Below the pieces are notes generated by a model, which saw nothing but the letters and a program-made list of their open reading frames with translations, did not search any database and had not been told where the DNA came from. Positions 8,173 through 18,700 of a stretch of DNA of 27,283 nt are shown piece after piece. Origin of the DNA: a virus (lineage: Duplodnaviria > Caudoviricetes); IMG/VR virus record IMGVR_UViG_3300020239_000018, positions 1 to 27,283 of that record; one strand, written 5' to 3'. Position numbers and translations under genes: made by a program. Each line of letters starts with the position of its first letter. Positions within the stretch are counted from its first letter, which is position 1.

Positions 8173-9293
8173 TGTGTACAGATTTAGGTGGCCCAGAAAG
8201 CGGCTCCGCACAACAAGCAGTAGATGATGCCAATGCAAACTTAGGTTCTCAAAGAGCAGATGTTAGTTTTGCTGGTGGCTTTAATGAAGGTCAGGATAAG
8301 GTTACTTTTGACACTATCAGAGGCGGTGGTAACGTAAACTTCACATCAGGTTCAGCAGATAGCGGATTTAGTGACAACAGCTACAGAGGGCCAAACAGAA
8401 GTGTAACGTCTAATCTTTTTAACGAAGGGGTGAAAAATGTTTTTGGTGACCAAGGTGCCGATACATTCGCCCCCGGTTCTGCCTATAACAAGTTTAGAGA
8501 AAACTTTGACAATAGCCTGATGACAAAAATTGGCGGTGGTATTGCCAAGGCTATGAATTACACACCAATGGGATTTATTTCTACCAAACTTGGCTTGAGG
8601 GAAGAGTCACGGTATGACCCACTTGGCGATATATTTGAATATTCCGCAAACAATCCTGACAAAGTTACGCTTGGTGAGGACGGGTTAAGTCTTGAGATAG
8701 ATACTGGCGAGGGAACCTTAACGACAAATAAATTTGGAGTAACAACTTACACTGGCAATCCAAATTCTGATTACGAGGGGCCGTTTTCCAATTTAGTTAA
8801 CCCACCAAAGAATAATGATGATAATGATAGCGGTCAACAAGGTAGGGGTCAAACACCTTTAGACCCATGCCCAGCAGGATTTAAGTTTAATTCACAAACT
8901 AATTCCTGTGAACCTGTTGCATCAACTGGTGACCAGACAATAGGAGATTCTTTTGTTCGTAGTACACCATCAATGCCCAGTGACCTTAGTAGGTACGGAC
9001 GAGATGGACTTGGTGAGTTTAGGTATTTTGAACAAATGCCCGGTATTATAAATGCAAAAGATGGTATACCCCGTGGAAAACATGGAGAAGTAATTGGTGC
9101 TGGTGGGCCTAAAGATGACTTGGTTGGGCCTTTCATGTTATCAAGTCAAGAGTATGTAGAGCCGTATGAACGAGTTCTTGATGAGGGTAATGGTAGTTAC
9201 GAACGAGGCATTAAAACCCTTGAGAAGAAGCGCATGAAAGCACTAAGGAAGTACAGTGACAGAGTTAAATCTGAGGAACGCAACAGAGCGTGA
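8172..9293 (+). CDS. Putative internal virion/ejection-associated protein
   Basis: Gly/Asn/Asp-rich low-complexity protein starting MC. C-terminal GEVIGAGGPKDD...MLSSQEYV resembles the G.G....D.(I)PA.LS.GE(F/Y)V motif of phage virion proteins. Confidence 0.55.
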   Translation: MCTDLGGPESGSAQQAVDDANANLGSQRADVSFAGGFNEGQDKVTFDTIRGGGNVNFTSGSADSGFSDNSYRGPNRSVTSNLFNEGVKNVFGDQGADTFAPGSAYNKFRENFDNSLMTKIGGGIAKAMNYTPMGFISTKLGLREESRYDPLGDIFEYSANNPDKVTLGEDGLSLEIDTGEGTLTTNKFGVTTYTGNPNSDYEGPFSNLVNPPKNNDDNDSGQQGRGQTPLDPCPAGFKFNSQTNSCEPVASTGDQTIGDSFVRSTPSMPSDLSRYGRDGLGEFRYFEQMPGIINAKDGIPRGKHGEVIGAGGPKDDLVGPFMLSSQEYVEPYERVLDEGNGSYERGIKTLEKKRMKALRKYSDRVKSEERNRA

Positions 9294-9717
9294 TGAAGAG
9301 GTTGTTCTGTCTTTATTGATGGATATGCACAAAGAGTCAGGTTTAGGTTCGGTCAATAAAGACAGGGTAAACAAAGCAATACGGCACTGCCGTGAGTTAG
9401 GGTGTATACTTATTGCAGAGGTACAAGGTGTACCAAAAGCAGTTTTAGGATTACGACCTGACCGCTTCTGGTGGTCTGACGACTTTGGGTTGTTTGACCA
9501 ATTTACATATGTAGCACCAGAGGCAAGAAAAACGAGGGCAATATTCAAACTGGTAGATGCCGCTAAAAGTATGGCAAAGGAAGCTGGTATTCCACTTGTC
9601 ATAGCAAACTTTGGAGTAGTAGATACCAAAGCAAAATCAAGGCTTTACAAAACCTTTGGTAAAGAACTTGGTGTAACAGTAATAACAGGGGAAACAAGTC
9701 ACTTCTTGTGGAGATAA
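9256..9717 (+). CDS. GNAT-family acetyltransferase
   Basis: LRNATERD N-terminal strand, FTYVAPEARKT motif A, SRLYKTFG motif B; GTG start with upstream AAGGA. Confidence 0.75.
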   Translation: MTELNLRNATERDEEVVLSLLMDMHKESGLGSVNKDRVNKAIRHCRELGCILIAEVQGVPKAVLGLRPDRFWWSDDFGLFDQFTYVAPEARKTRAIFKLVDAAKSMAKEAGIPLVIANFGVVDTKAKSRLYKTFGKELGVTVITGETSHFLWR

Positions 9718-9720
9718 GTA

Positions 9721-10707
9721 ATGGGTTCATTTTGTAGGTCAGGCACCAAAACAAATACACAAACAACAGATATACCTGATTATATCAAAACGCCACTCAA
9801 GGATAACCTTGCGAAGGCGGCTGATTTAGTCAAGCAGGAGTATATACCTTACAGTGGGGACCGCATTCAGGATTTTTCACAAGACCAACTTGATGCCTTC
9901 CAACAAATTAGAGACCGTGTAGGTACAGGTCAGACAGACCTAGATGCGGCTATGGCTGGCATTAAGTCGCTTTCTCCAGTACAAGCCCAGCAAACACAAG
10001 CTAAACAATTTGATGCCCAAACAGCCCAAGACTATATGAACCCATACACACAGCAGGTCTTGGATGTGGCTCGTCAACGTGCGTTTGATGCGGAAGATAT
10101 AGCCGCACAAAAACGTGCATCTAATCAGCTTGCGGCTGGTGCGTTCGGTGATAATGCCCGTAGGTTTATTGAGAACAGCGAAGCGCAGTCAAACCTACAA
10201 GACCGTATGGCGGCTATGGAAGCTGACCAGTTGGCAAAGGCATACGGAGCCGCACAACAAGCGTACAAAACTGACGCAACCCTAGACATGCAATCGCAAC
10301 TTGCTAATCAAAAGTCTGGACTTCAGGCTGACCAGTTAAACACACAGCAAGCATTAGGTGCCGCACAGGGAATAGCTGGTCTGGTTAATCAGGGTCAGGG
10401 GCTAACATTTGACCAAGCCAATGCCCTTATGCAGATTGGCGGTCAACAACAACAAATGGGTCAGTCTGGTTTGGACCTTGCCTATTCTGACTTCCAACAA
10501 CAGCAAGCATACCCCTACCAACAGATTGGCTTTATGGCTGACCTACTTCAGGGTGCGCCTATGGGTACGGTTACCACAATGACACAACCCACACCGTCTC
10601 CATTCCAGTCCGCTGTGGGTCTTGGCCTGACAGGTCTTGGTATCTATGGGTCAGGTGGTGGATTTAGTCCCGGCGGATTTTCAATGGCTAACTTATATAA
10701 TAGATAG
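9721..10707 (+). CDS. DNA ejection/pilot (internal virion) protein
   Basis: Gln/Ala-rich helical protein with PY.GDRI..FS.DQ..AF, YMNPYTQQV and AGAFG..R motifs and a C-terminal Gly-rich hydrophobic segment (AVGLGLTGLGIYG). Confidence 0.7.
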   Translation: MGSFCRSGTKTNTQTTDIPDYIKTPLKDNLAKAADLVKQEYIPYSGDRIQDFSQDQLDAFQQIRDRVGTGQTDLDAAMAGIKSLSPVQAQQTQAKQFDAQTAQDYMNPYTQQVLDVARQRAFDAEDIAAQKRASNQLAAGAFGDNARRFIENSEAQSNLQDRMAAMEADQLAKAYGAAQQAYKTDATLDMQSQLANQKSGLQADQLNTQQALGAAQGIAGLVNQGQGLTFDQANALMQIGGQQQQMGQSGLDLAYSDFQQQQAYPYQQIGFMADLLQGAPMGTVTTMTQPTPSPFQSAVGLGLTGLGIYGSGGGFSPGGFSMANLYNR

Positions 10708-10715
10708 AGAATAAT

Positions 10716-12770
10716 ATGATTAATCCAGCGCAATACACCAAAGTTCTGCAAGCCGCATCAGACCAACAGCTTATGGATATGTTGAAGCGTCCTGACAAAA
10801 TCCCATCACAGTTTATTGTAGCTGAGATTAACCGCCGTCAAGCTATGAGACAGGCCGCACAGGCCCAAGAACGCAGGATGGCTAGTATGCAACAGCAACC
10901 TGTTATGTCTCAAGCACCACAACAGATGGCACCTCAAGGAAGACAACAGCCGCAACGACCACCTCAACAACCTGTTGGTATGAGGGTAGGTGGTGACCCT
11001 AGTAGAATTGCACAAATGATGCGTGAGAGACCATATATGGTGGATGACTTGGTTTACCGACAGCCAAGCAAGGACATGTCTGATATGGACCTCAGTGGGT
11101 TAAGGCAAAACCTTCCGTACATTTATCCAAATCCTAAAAAGGGATTAAAGGGATTGGGAAGTGAGGACTTTAGTAAGTTTCGTATACCAGTGTCTTTGAA
11201 TGAGGGTCAAACAAGTGACGCTACACCACCAGCACCTACAGAAGAACTTGGTCAAATCGGCCTGAACGAGGGTCAAACCTCAGGTTCAGCCTTACCAACT
11301 GAACCCCTAACTATTTCAGAAAAAATAGCCGAAGGGTATAAAAGTTTTGAGGGGGATTTAGAAAAAACAAGAGAGGGAATAAAGTCTGGTGGCTCAGATG
11401 TGACAGCGGCAGAGATAGATAAAACAGGTATAGAAAGCGATAAGATTACCATAGGCAAAACAACTGGCGAGACGGATACCTCAGAACTAGAGAGGGGTAT
11501 TAGAGATAAGGTAACTGTAGACTTAGGGGAGAGCCAAACTTCTTTGTTTAAAGAAGTGTTTCAGGCCAATGAGGCTGACAGAAAGTCACTAGCTGAAGCA
11601 CAAGCAGTACTTTCGGACAACCAAAGAAAACGACTATCTGGTCTTCAAGAAGACTTTGACAACGTAACTGGTGCTATGGAGGATTTAGCGGATGCATACG
11701 ACAAAAATTCTACAACACCAGAGAATAGATTTTTTCGTTCCTTGACTGATATGGGTATTGATTTGCTGGCAAGCCCTGAAGCCAACTTCATGCAAGCACT
11801 AGGAAAGTCCGCAAAGAAGGGGCTTGAAACATGGGACACCTTAAGTAAAGAAGCAAAGGAAAATGTACTGAAGAAGTATACGGCTGGCGTAACCCTTGCA
11901 CAAACAAGGGCAGACCTATCGTCTAAGATTACTATGGCGGCAGACGCTATAGATAAAGGTGATGTTAATGCACTAAACACTATTCTAACTGGTCGCATGG
12001 CAGATAGAAAGGGATTGATAGAAGCTGGCGCACAGGATAAGGGCTTTAGCTTAAAGGGAACTGGACTAGAACTACAGCAAAGAGGTCAAGACGTGTCTGC
12101 GGGCGCACAGCTTGCTGGCATTAGACAGGGTGATAGAAGAATTGTGTCTGGTGAGAATATTGCCCAAGGACAAATCGCTTCAAGGCAAGCAGAGGGCGAT
12201 GCCAGCAGGAATTTACAGGCAGAGACCGCACAGGCACAACTTGACCAAGGCGCAGATATTGCCAATCAGCGTGATGCAAGGGCAGAACAAGGTCAGCTTA
12301 TCCAACTTGAGGGTCTTGAACTACAGTCACTAAATAACTGGGCAAATAGTTTGAATGCCGCTGAAAGAAATAGAATTGCTGAAATAACAGCAACCAAGCC
12401 AGCCGCTTCAGTTCAGTACTTAGAGTACCTATCTTCTAACATGGACAAGTACGGGTTAGATAGTGAAGACCTTAAGAATTACATTATCAATCCTTCTAAA
12501 AGTGGTACATCTGGCTCTATGGCAAGCATACTGACAACAGTCAGAACATATGCCAAGACAGACTTTGAACAGCAAACTCCAATTCCGGGGGTAGAGCCAG
12601 CAAACAACGGGGAGTATTCGTTGGCTCAGTATGATGCATACCATCGTGGCAATCTGTTGGGTATATTTGGTTTGGCTGGTGACCAGAGCCTGACCGCACA
12701 GAATGCCCCACCCAAAGGAACCCGTGTTTATGATGAAGACGGATTAGCAGATAAAGACACAGCTTCTTAA
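10716..12770 (+). CDS. Internal virion/DNA ejection protein
   Basis: 684 aa; N-terminal SDQQL...P...EINRR..MR motif, Gln/Pro-rich linker and long helical body; lies between the pilot protein and the giant ejection protein. Confidence 0.65.
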   Translation: MINPAQYTKVLQAASDQQLMDMLKRPDKIPSQFIVAEINRRQAMRQAAQAQERRMASMQQQPVMSQAPQQMAPQGRQQPQRPPQQPVGMRVGGDPSRIAQMMRERPYMVDDLVYRQPSKDMSDMDLSGLRQNLPYIYPNPKKGLKGLGSEDFSKFRIPVSLNEGQTSDATPPAPTEELGQIGLNEGQTSGSALPTEPLTISEKIAEGYKSFEGDLEKTREGIKSGGSDVTAAEIDKTGIESDKITIGKTTGETDTSELERGIRDKVTVDLGESQTSLFKEVFQANEADRKSLAEAQAVLSDNQRKRLSGLQEDFDNVTGAMEDLADAYDKNSTTPENRFFRSLTDMGIDLLASPEANFMQALGKSAKKGLETWDTLSKEAKENVLKKYTAGVTLAQTRADLSSKITMAADAIDKGDVNALNTILTGRMADRKGLIEAGAQDKGFSLKGTGLELQQRGQDVSAGAQLAGIRQGDRRIVSGENIAQGQIASRQAEGDASRNLQAETAQAQLDQGADIANQRDARAEQGQLIQLEGLELQSLNNWANSLNAAERNRIAEITATKPAASVQYLEYLSSNMDKYGLDSEDLKNYIINPSKSGTSGSMASILTTVRTYAKTDFEQQTPIPGVEPANNGEYSLAQYDAYHRGNLLGIFGLAGDQSLTAQNAPPKGTRVYDEDGLADKDTAS

Positions 12771-12783
12771 GTGAGGGTTTCTA

Positions 12784-15700
12784 GTGCAGGAAATTTACAT
12801 TAAACAGTTTAATCAGACTATTGCCTTTCCAGACAGCTTTACTGATGAACAAATAACTGCCGCAATCAAGGGTGACATTATCCCTCAACTTCAACGGGAA
12901 GAGGAAGAGGAGAGATTAGCCAGAGAGCGACAAGAGGAACTTGAAAACCAAGGTTTCTTTGGTCGTGCCGCTGATTTGATTGAGGCTGGTGGTAGAGAGT
13001 TTGCTGGTGCATCTGCCGAAGGTCTAGCAACTGTTGCTGACATGATTGGCGGTGACAGAACAGATAGCTTTGAACAAGGTTTGCAATCTTTTGCCAAAGG
13101 GCAAAGAGAAGAAGCACGTTCCATTCCGGGCATTCAACCTATCTTAGAGGCAGAAGGCATTGGCGATGTTGTTTCGTCTGGTGCATCTTACCTTGCCCAG
13201 TCAATACCAGAACTAGCCGCTGTGTCTGCCGCGTTCTATGCTGGTGGTAAAGGTGGTGCGGCTGTTGGAACAGCCATAGCACCCGGCCCCGGAACTGCCT
13301 TAGGCGCACTTATTGGTTCTATCGGTGCTGGTACTGCCGCTGGACTGCTTGCCTTTGCTGGAAGAAACGTAGAAGAGTTTAAACGTGTACAGGGCCGCGA
13401 CCCTACATTTGAAGAACAACAATCAATATTAGGTACTGCCGCTGTTCAGTCAGCCGCTAATACCCTATTGTCTAAACTTCTGTTTGCTAAAGGTACAGGC
13501 AGAACTATAACTGGTAACATGGTGAAGAAAGGACTTCAAGGCACTGGTGCAGAAGCCCTTACAGAAACCATACAAGAAGCACTAACTATTGGTCAGGCAA
13601 ACAACTATGAGGATATAGCTGAATTAATTAGCAATCCAGAAAATCAACGCCGCCTTGGCGAATCATTCCTTGCTGGCGGTTTGGTTGGTGGCGGAATTGG
13701 TACGGCTAGTGGTGTCTTTGGGGTTGAGCCTACACCAGACCCAGACAAAGACCTTAAGGCGGCGGCGGAAGAGTTTGTTGCTGGTAGACCTCAAGACCCA
13801 GAGGCTGTATCAGGACCACCACCTGTACCACAACTAGAGTCCTTTATTATGGGTGGCAAACGCACAGACCCCACAGGACCAGAGATACAACCACCAAGAC
13901 CACAAAGAGTGGAGCCAGTAGTTGACCGGGAAGGAAACGTACAACAACAAGTATTGACTGGTCAACAAGAACCATTACTACAAGCAAGGCCGGACACAAG
14001 GCTAACTCCTGACGAACGTGCAAGACAGATAAACCAAGACATGGTCATGGATATCACTCGCCGTGCCATAGAGAATGGTCAAGACCCTCTTGTTGCGCTA
14101 TCTGACCCTGCCATAGAACAAGACATCATTAAAAACATACAACTTGAACAGGAGTCTGACGCAGTCATTGCACCAACTCCTGTTTCTCAAGCTGACAAAA
14201 ACGTATCTAGGCTAAACAATCGTCAGCTTATTGAGTTCGCTGAACAGAACGCAGACTCAGACCCAATCTTAGCCGACATCACGGCGAAAGAAATCCCCAT
14301 CCCAGCAAAAGCGCGGTTGATACGCCGCCGACTAGCCGACAAGAACATCTCCCCCACCACATCATTGGAACAGGACCAGCAAGTTGGTGACCCAATCCTG
14401 CGTAAAACATCTGCCGTTGACGAAGACGGTAAGATTAGGTTGACCGCAACACCTGACACAGTTCAGGAAACGGATATAGCAACACAGCCTCGCATGGTTA
14501 GGCGGACCGACACAGCGGAAGGTAAGAAACTCCGTCAAGAGATTGGCCCGATTGTCACCCGTGGTCTTCTTGATGCGTTGAAGATAAGAGGAGGAGAAGC
14601 ATCTACAAGATTTACCCCTGACGGGTTAATGGATGAAGATGCAACCAGCCGGGCAGAAACCCGCTATCAAGGTGCTACAAACTACCTCATGACCAGACTT
14701 GATGCTATGGCGAAGCGTGGCGACCAAGGTGCCAAGGCCGCTAATGCTATCAAGACACAAGTTCTCAATAACAAGAAGATTACATCAAACGAAATTGTTG
14801 GTGCTTTCTTAGCCGCAGATGCAATCGTAGATACATTAGGTGGACAGGGCGCACAGAACGGTGTTGATATACGCTTCTTTGACAGGTTAACACAGCGCAA
14901 CGATGCGTATGGATTTAAGTTATATGAGGATACTGTAGAGGGTAAATCAAAAGCTGTTATTGAACTGGCGTTACAAGGTGACACTGTTGAGGGTGTTCGT
15001 GGTACAGCGGCACACGAAGCATTTCATGTCTTGCAAGATTTCTATGCATCAGAAAGCCCCAAAGATAAAAAGGTTCTCGACTCTTTCTACAAGTTGGACA
15101 AGGACGGCAAGGTCAATTACAAGGCACTTCCTGCATCTATAAAGCGTCTGTGGAAAAAGCATGGGCGAGAAGGCTATCATGACCTAGCACTCAAGGGTCA
15201 ACTACCAGACCAGATAGCTAAAAGTCCATCTGAGTTTCAGGCTATGACCTATGAGTATTACAAGAAGGCCCAAGCCGCTGGTGAAGCCAACCCCTTGTCT
15301 GGTCCTATGGGTGGGTACTTTAATTTTATAAGTCAGTTTCTACCACGCCTTAAGAACTCCCTAAATGGTATGGGCTTCCAAACTGCACAGGATGTATTCG
15401 CCCGTGCTGGCAAGGGTAAAACTGGGCAACAACTAAAAGGACGTAAGCTAACCCCAAGAGAACCAGCACCATTCCGTCAAGCGGCTGAAGAAGCTAGTGA
15501 ACGGAACATAATGGAAGAATACAAGAAACAAGTAAGTTCTACTGGTATGCAACCTACCCGTGATGGAGACATTATAGAGGGTTCCATTGAATATGAAATG
15601 GAAGCTGGCCCAGTAACTAGTGTTGAACAGAAAGCACCCCTTAGGGATGGTGTGAATTTCTTGCGAACATTACTTAGAAGTGATTTGAGTGACATTCCAG

Positions 15701-18700
15701 AACTACGAGGAAAAATACCTCAATCACTTATTGATGCCGCAAAGGGTGAGAGTATGGCAAATTTTCGCACTGCCCTTTTAAATCATCCAAGTAGGTATAT
15801 TTTGGACCAAACAAATGACAATAGAGTTATAGAAAAATTTGGCAATCACGGTCTTGTTATTGGAGAAGTAGAAAAAAATCGTGCGTCTCCTGAAATGGAT
15901 GAAGATGTTACTTTCACACTGGTTCGCATGAGTGGTGACGGCAACAATAATATAAGAGTTACCACTATGAGGTCTACAAAAGCTGATGCTTTGGAAACCA
16001 CACAGTATCTAGGAACAGACTCAGAACCATCAACCGTTTATTTGCCTTACTCTAATGAGACTAGGCAACTTAATCAACAGTTAATAGATGAGGCGCGAAT
16101 TTCTAAGTCAGTTAGAAATATTAAAAGAAATGTTTTAGTGGTATCAGATGTTAGAACTGTGTACTCTGATGATTTATATGAAGCATCAACTTTAATTGAC
16201 GAAAACAATGCTATTCGCATAGGTCAAGAAGGTGGTTCGGTTAGACTCCTCAATATAGATTTCAAGGTTGATGACAGTTTTGAAGCTGACGAAGTTTTCA
16301 ACACACCAATTAATCTTTCGGGTATGTCAAAGCTATATGGCGCGGTTCTTGCTGGTGTAAGAAAAGCCTTAGATGCACAAAAGAAACGCGGCGAAAGAAT
16401 TGATGGAATAATCTTTGCTGGAAATGAGTCTAAACGTGATGCGACTCGCGCTACAGAAGGGTTGTTTGGAGCCAATCAAAAGCAAAGAATTTATAATAGA
16501 ATTGCTAAAATGAAATCTTTTGCCAAGGAGTTTCCAGAACTATCTATGGAGACTATATCTGGTTTTGGGTCCACCGTTATGCCCACAAACAAAATCAGAC
16601 AAGCAAAAGCAGACGTACAAAGCAGGGCGCAACAGAGAATAGAACAACAGTTAGCTTTATTCAATGATGATGCGACTACTGTTGATGCGGATTTTGATGT
16701 TGTCGATTCAGAAGCCTTAGAAGCTATTCTTGGTGAAGCATCAATGCGGTTTGAACGTGTTCCTGATTTAAGTCAGGTAACACCAAATCGAGCAAACAAT
16801 CAGGTAGCAAACACACTTGGCTTAACAGATAGAGAGCGTGCGTTATCATCTCTTGATGTTCTATATAACCCTGACTTCTCAGTGACTGTTCCAGAACGTG
16901 ATATAGGTGGTCCCGGCCCTGATGGATTTGAAAGGACGGCTGGTTCTAACATTAATGAAGTAGCTAGAGCCTTACAAAATCGTGCGCTTTCTATAATCGG
17001 TCAGGCAATAACAAAGTCCAACCCAGAGACGGACGAAATGTTGGCTAAGATTATGGCGGCAGAGACAGTAGCCGCCATGCAAAACAATCCAGACACCAAC
17101 GCGGCTAACTGGTACACAGAAAATATTAAGAGGGCAATAGCTTCTGTGTCCAAACTTTACCCAGAGATAGCAACAAACAGAGAACATCGTTCTGCTTTTA
17201 GCGTTGCATTAGCTATAACATCCCAAGGAATAAAGGTAGACAGAAACTCTGCTATTGGCCTTGGTGCTTACGAGTTCTGGAGAAAGAATGGTAGGTTCCC
17301 AGAGTTCGGTGAGGGTGAAGCCGCTGGTGCAATGAGGGCCAACTTCAAAACAGCAAACAAACTTATGAAAGCGTTTAACGCAAGGGGCAGAAACTTTAGG
17401 TTTGTTGATTTCCTAGACAGTCAATACACCAAGCGAGAGTTGATGGAAACCCTTGAACAAGCTGGTATAGACTTGAAGGGGCCGGATTCTGTATCCCTCA
17501 GTGGCGAAAACATGGACGCCAAACTGTACGGTTCTTTTGTCTTTGGACCAAAGATTGGTCAGGGTTTCTACCAAAACCTGATGGGTAACTACGACCCAGT
17601 TACAATAGATAAATGGTTTATGAGAACATGGGGCCGACTGACAGGTACATTAATTGGTAAGCCAGCTTACAAAGACAACATTGCCGCATTGAGAACTATG
17701 ATGCTTGAAGAGGGTATTGAGTTTGACCAAGAACTATTTGGTACAGACGAACAGTACACCCTTAATAAAGTGTCTGAAGTTTATAAGATGGGTGAGGATT
17801 TCTACAAACAGAACCGTGAAGAAATAGATGCTAAACGCATGGCTAAATCACCAGCCATGAAGAAGGCTAAGAATGCCTATGATAATGGCATGAAGCCTAA
17901 CGAAGCACTTAACGGAACAAAGCGTCAGTGGATGCGTTCTGTTGTGGTCCGTGCAAGAGAGATACTAGCGCAACAGGGCATCAATGTTACATCGGCAGAC
18001 CTTCAGGCAATCCTTTGGTATCCTGAGAAAGACTTGTACGACAAACTTGGTAATGACGGGTCAGGTGCAGATAGACTTAATCAATCATATGAAGATAGCT
18101 TTGGAGAATTAATAGATGGCGAAACAGGGATACGCACCGTGGACGGAAGAGGCAGATTTGACTCTGTCCGAGAATCTATCAGACAAGAAGATAGACAATC
18201 TCGTAGAGGCACTGGTGGAACTGGCGGACAGGAAGCATCAATTAGGCTCGGAAGGGACTACAGAACGACAGAAGGGATGAAGCGTGTTCTTGCTGACCCT
18301 GCAAGAGATAATGTTGGTCGCAAGTTCTTTAATGTATTACGTCCGTTCACAACAAAAGAAGGTAGGAAACAACAGTTCAATAGGTTTATTGACTCTGCGG
18401 TACACGGACTGAGGCCGATTGGTGATAGGGAGATAAGACTTTCCGCCGCAAAGTACGGCGTAAAAAGATATCTGCCTTTTGCAGAAGGTGCCTTTAAGAT
18501 TGCTGAGTTTGCACAACAGCGGTCTGGAAGAATGCAACAGTTTATAGAACACGGCCCGCCAGTTCTCGGTGCTGAAGGTGAGATAACTATTGACAACTCA
18601 ATAGGTGGACTGCGTCAAATATTTTCACCAGTAGGGACTGGCAAAAAATATGCACAGTTTATGATGTATGTGTATGCAAAACGCGCACAAAGACTTAAAT

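Noticed and set aside
16180-16194. Fifth EAS motif (EASTL) in the giant protein
   Set aside because: It lacks the Arg and lies inside an apparent domain rather than at a linker.
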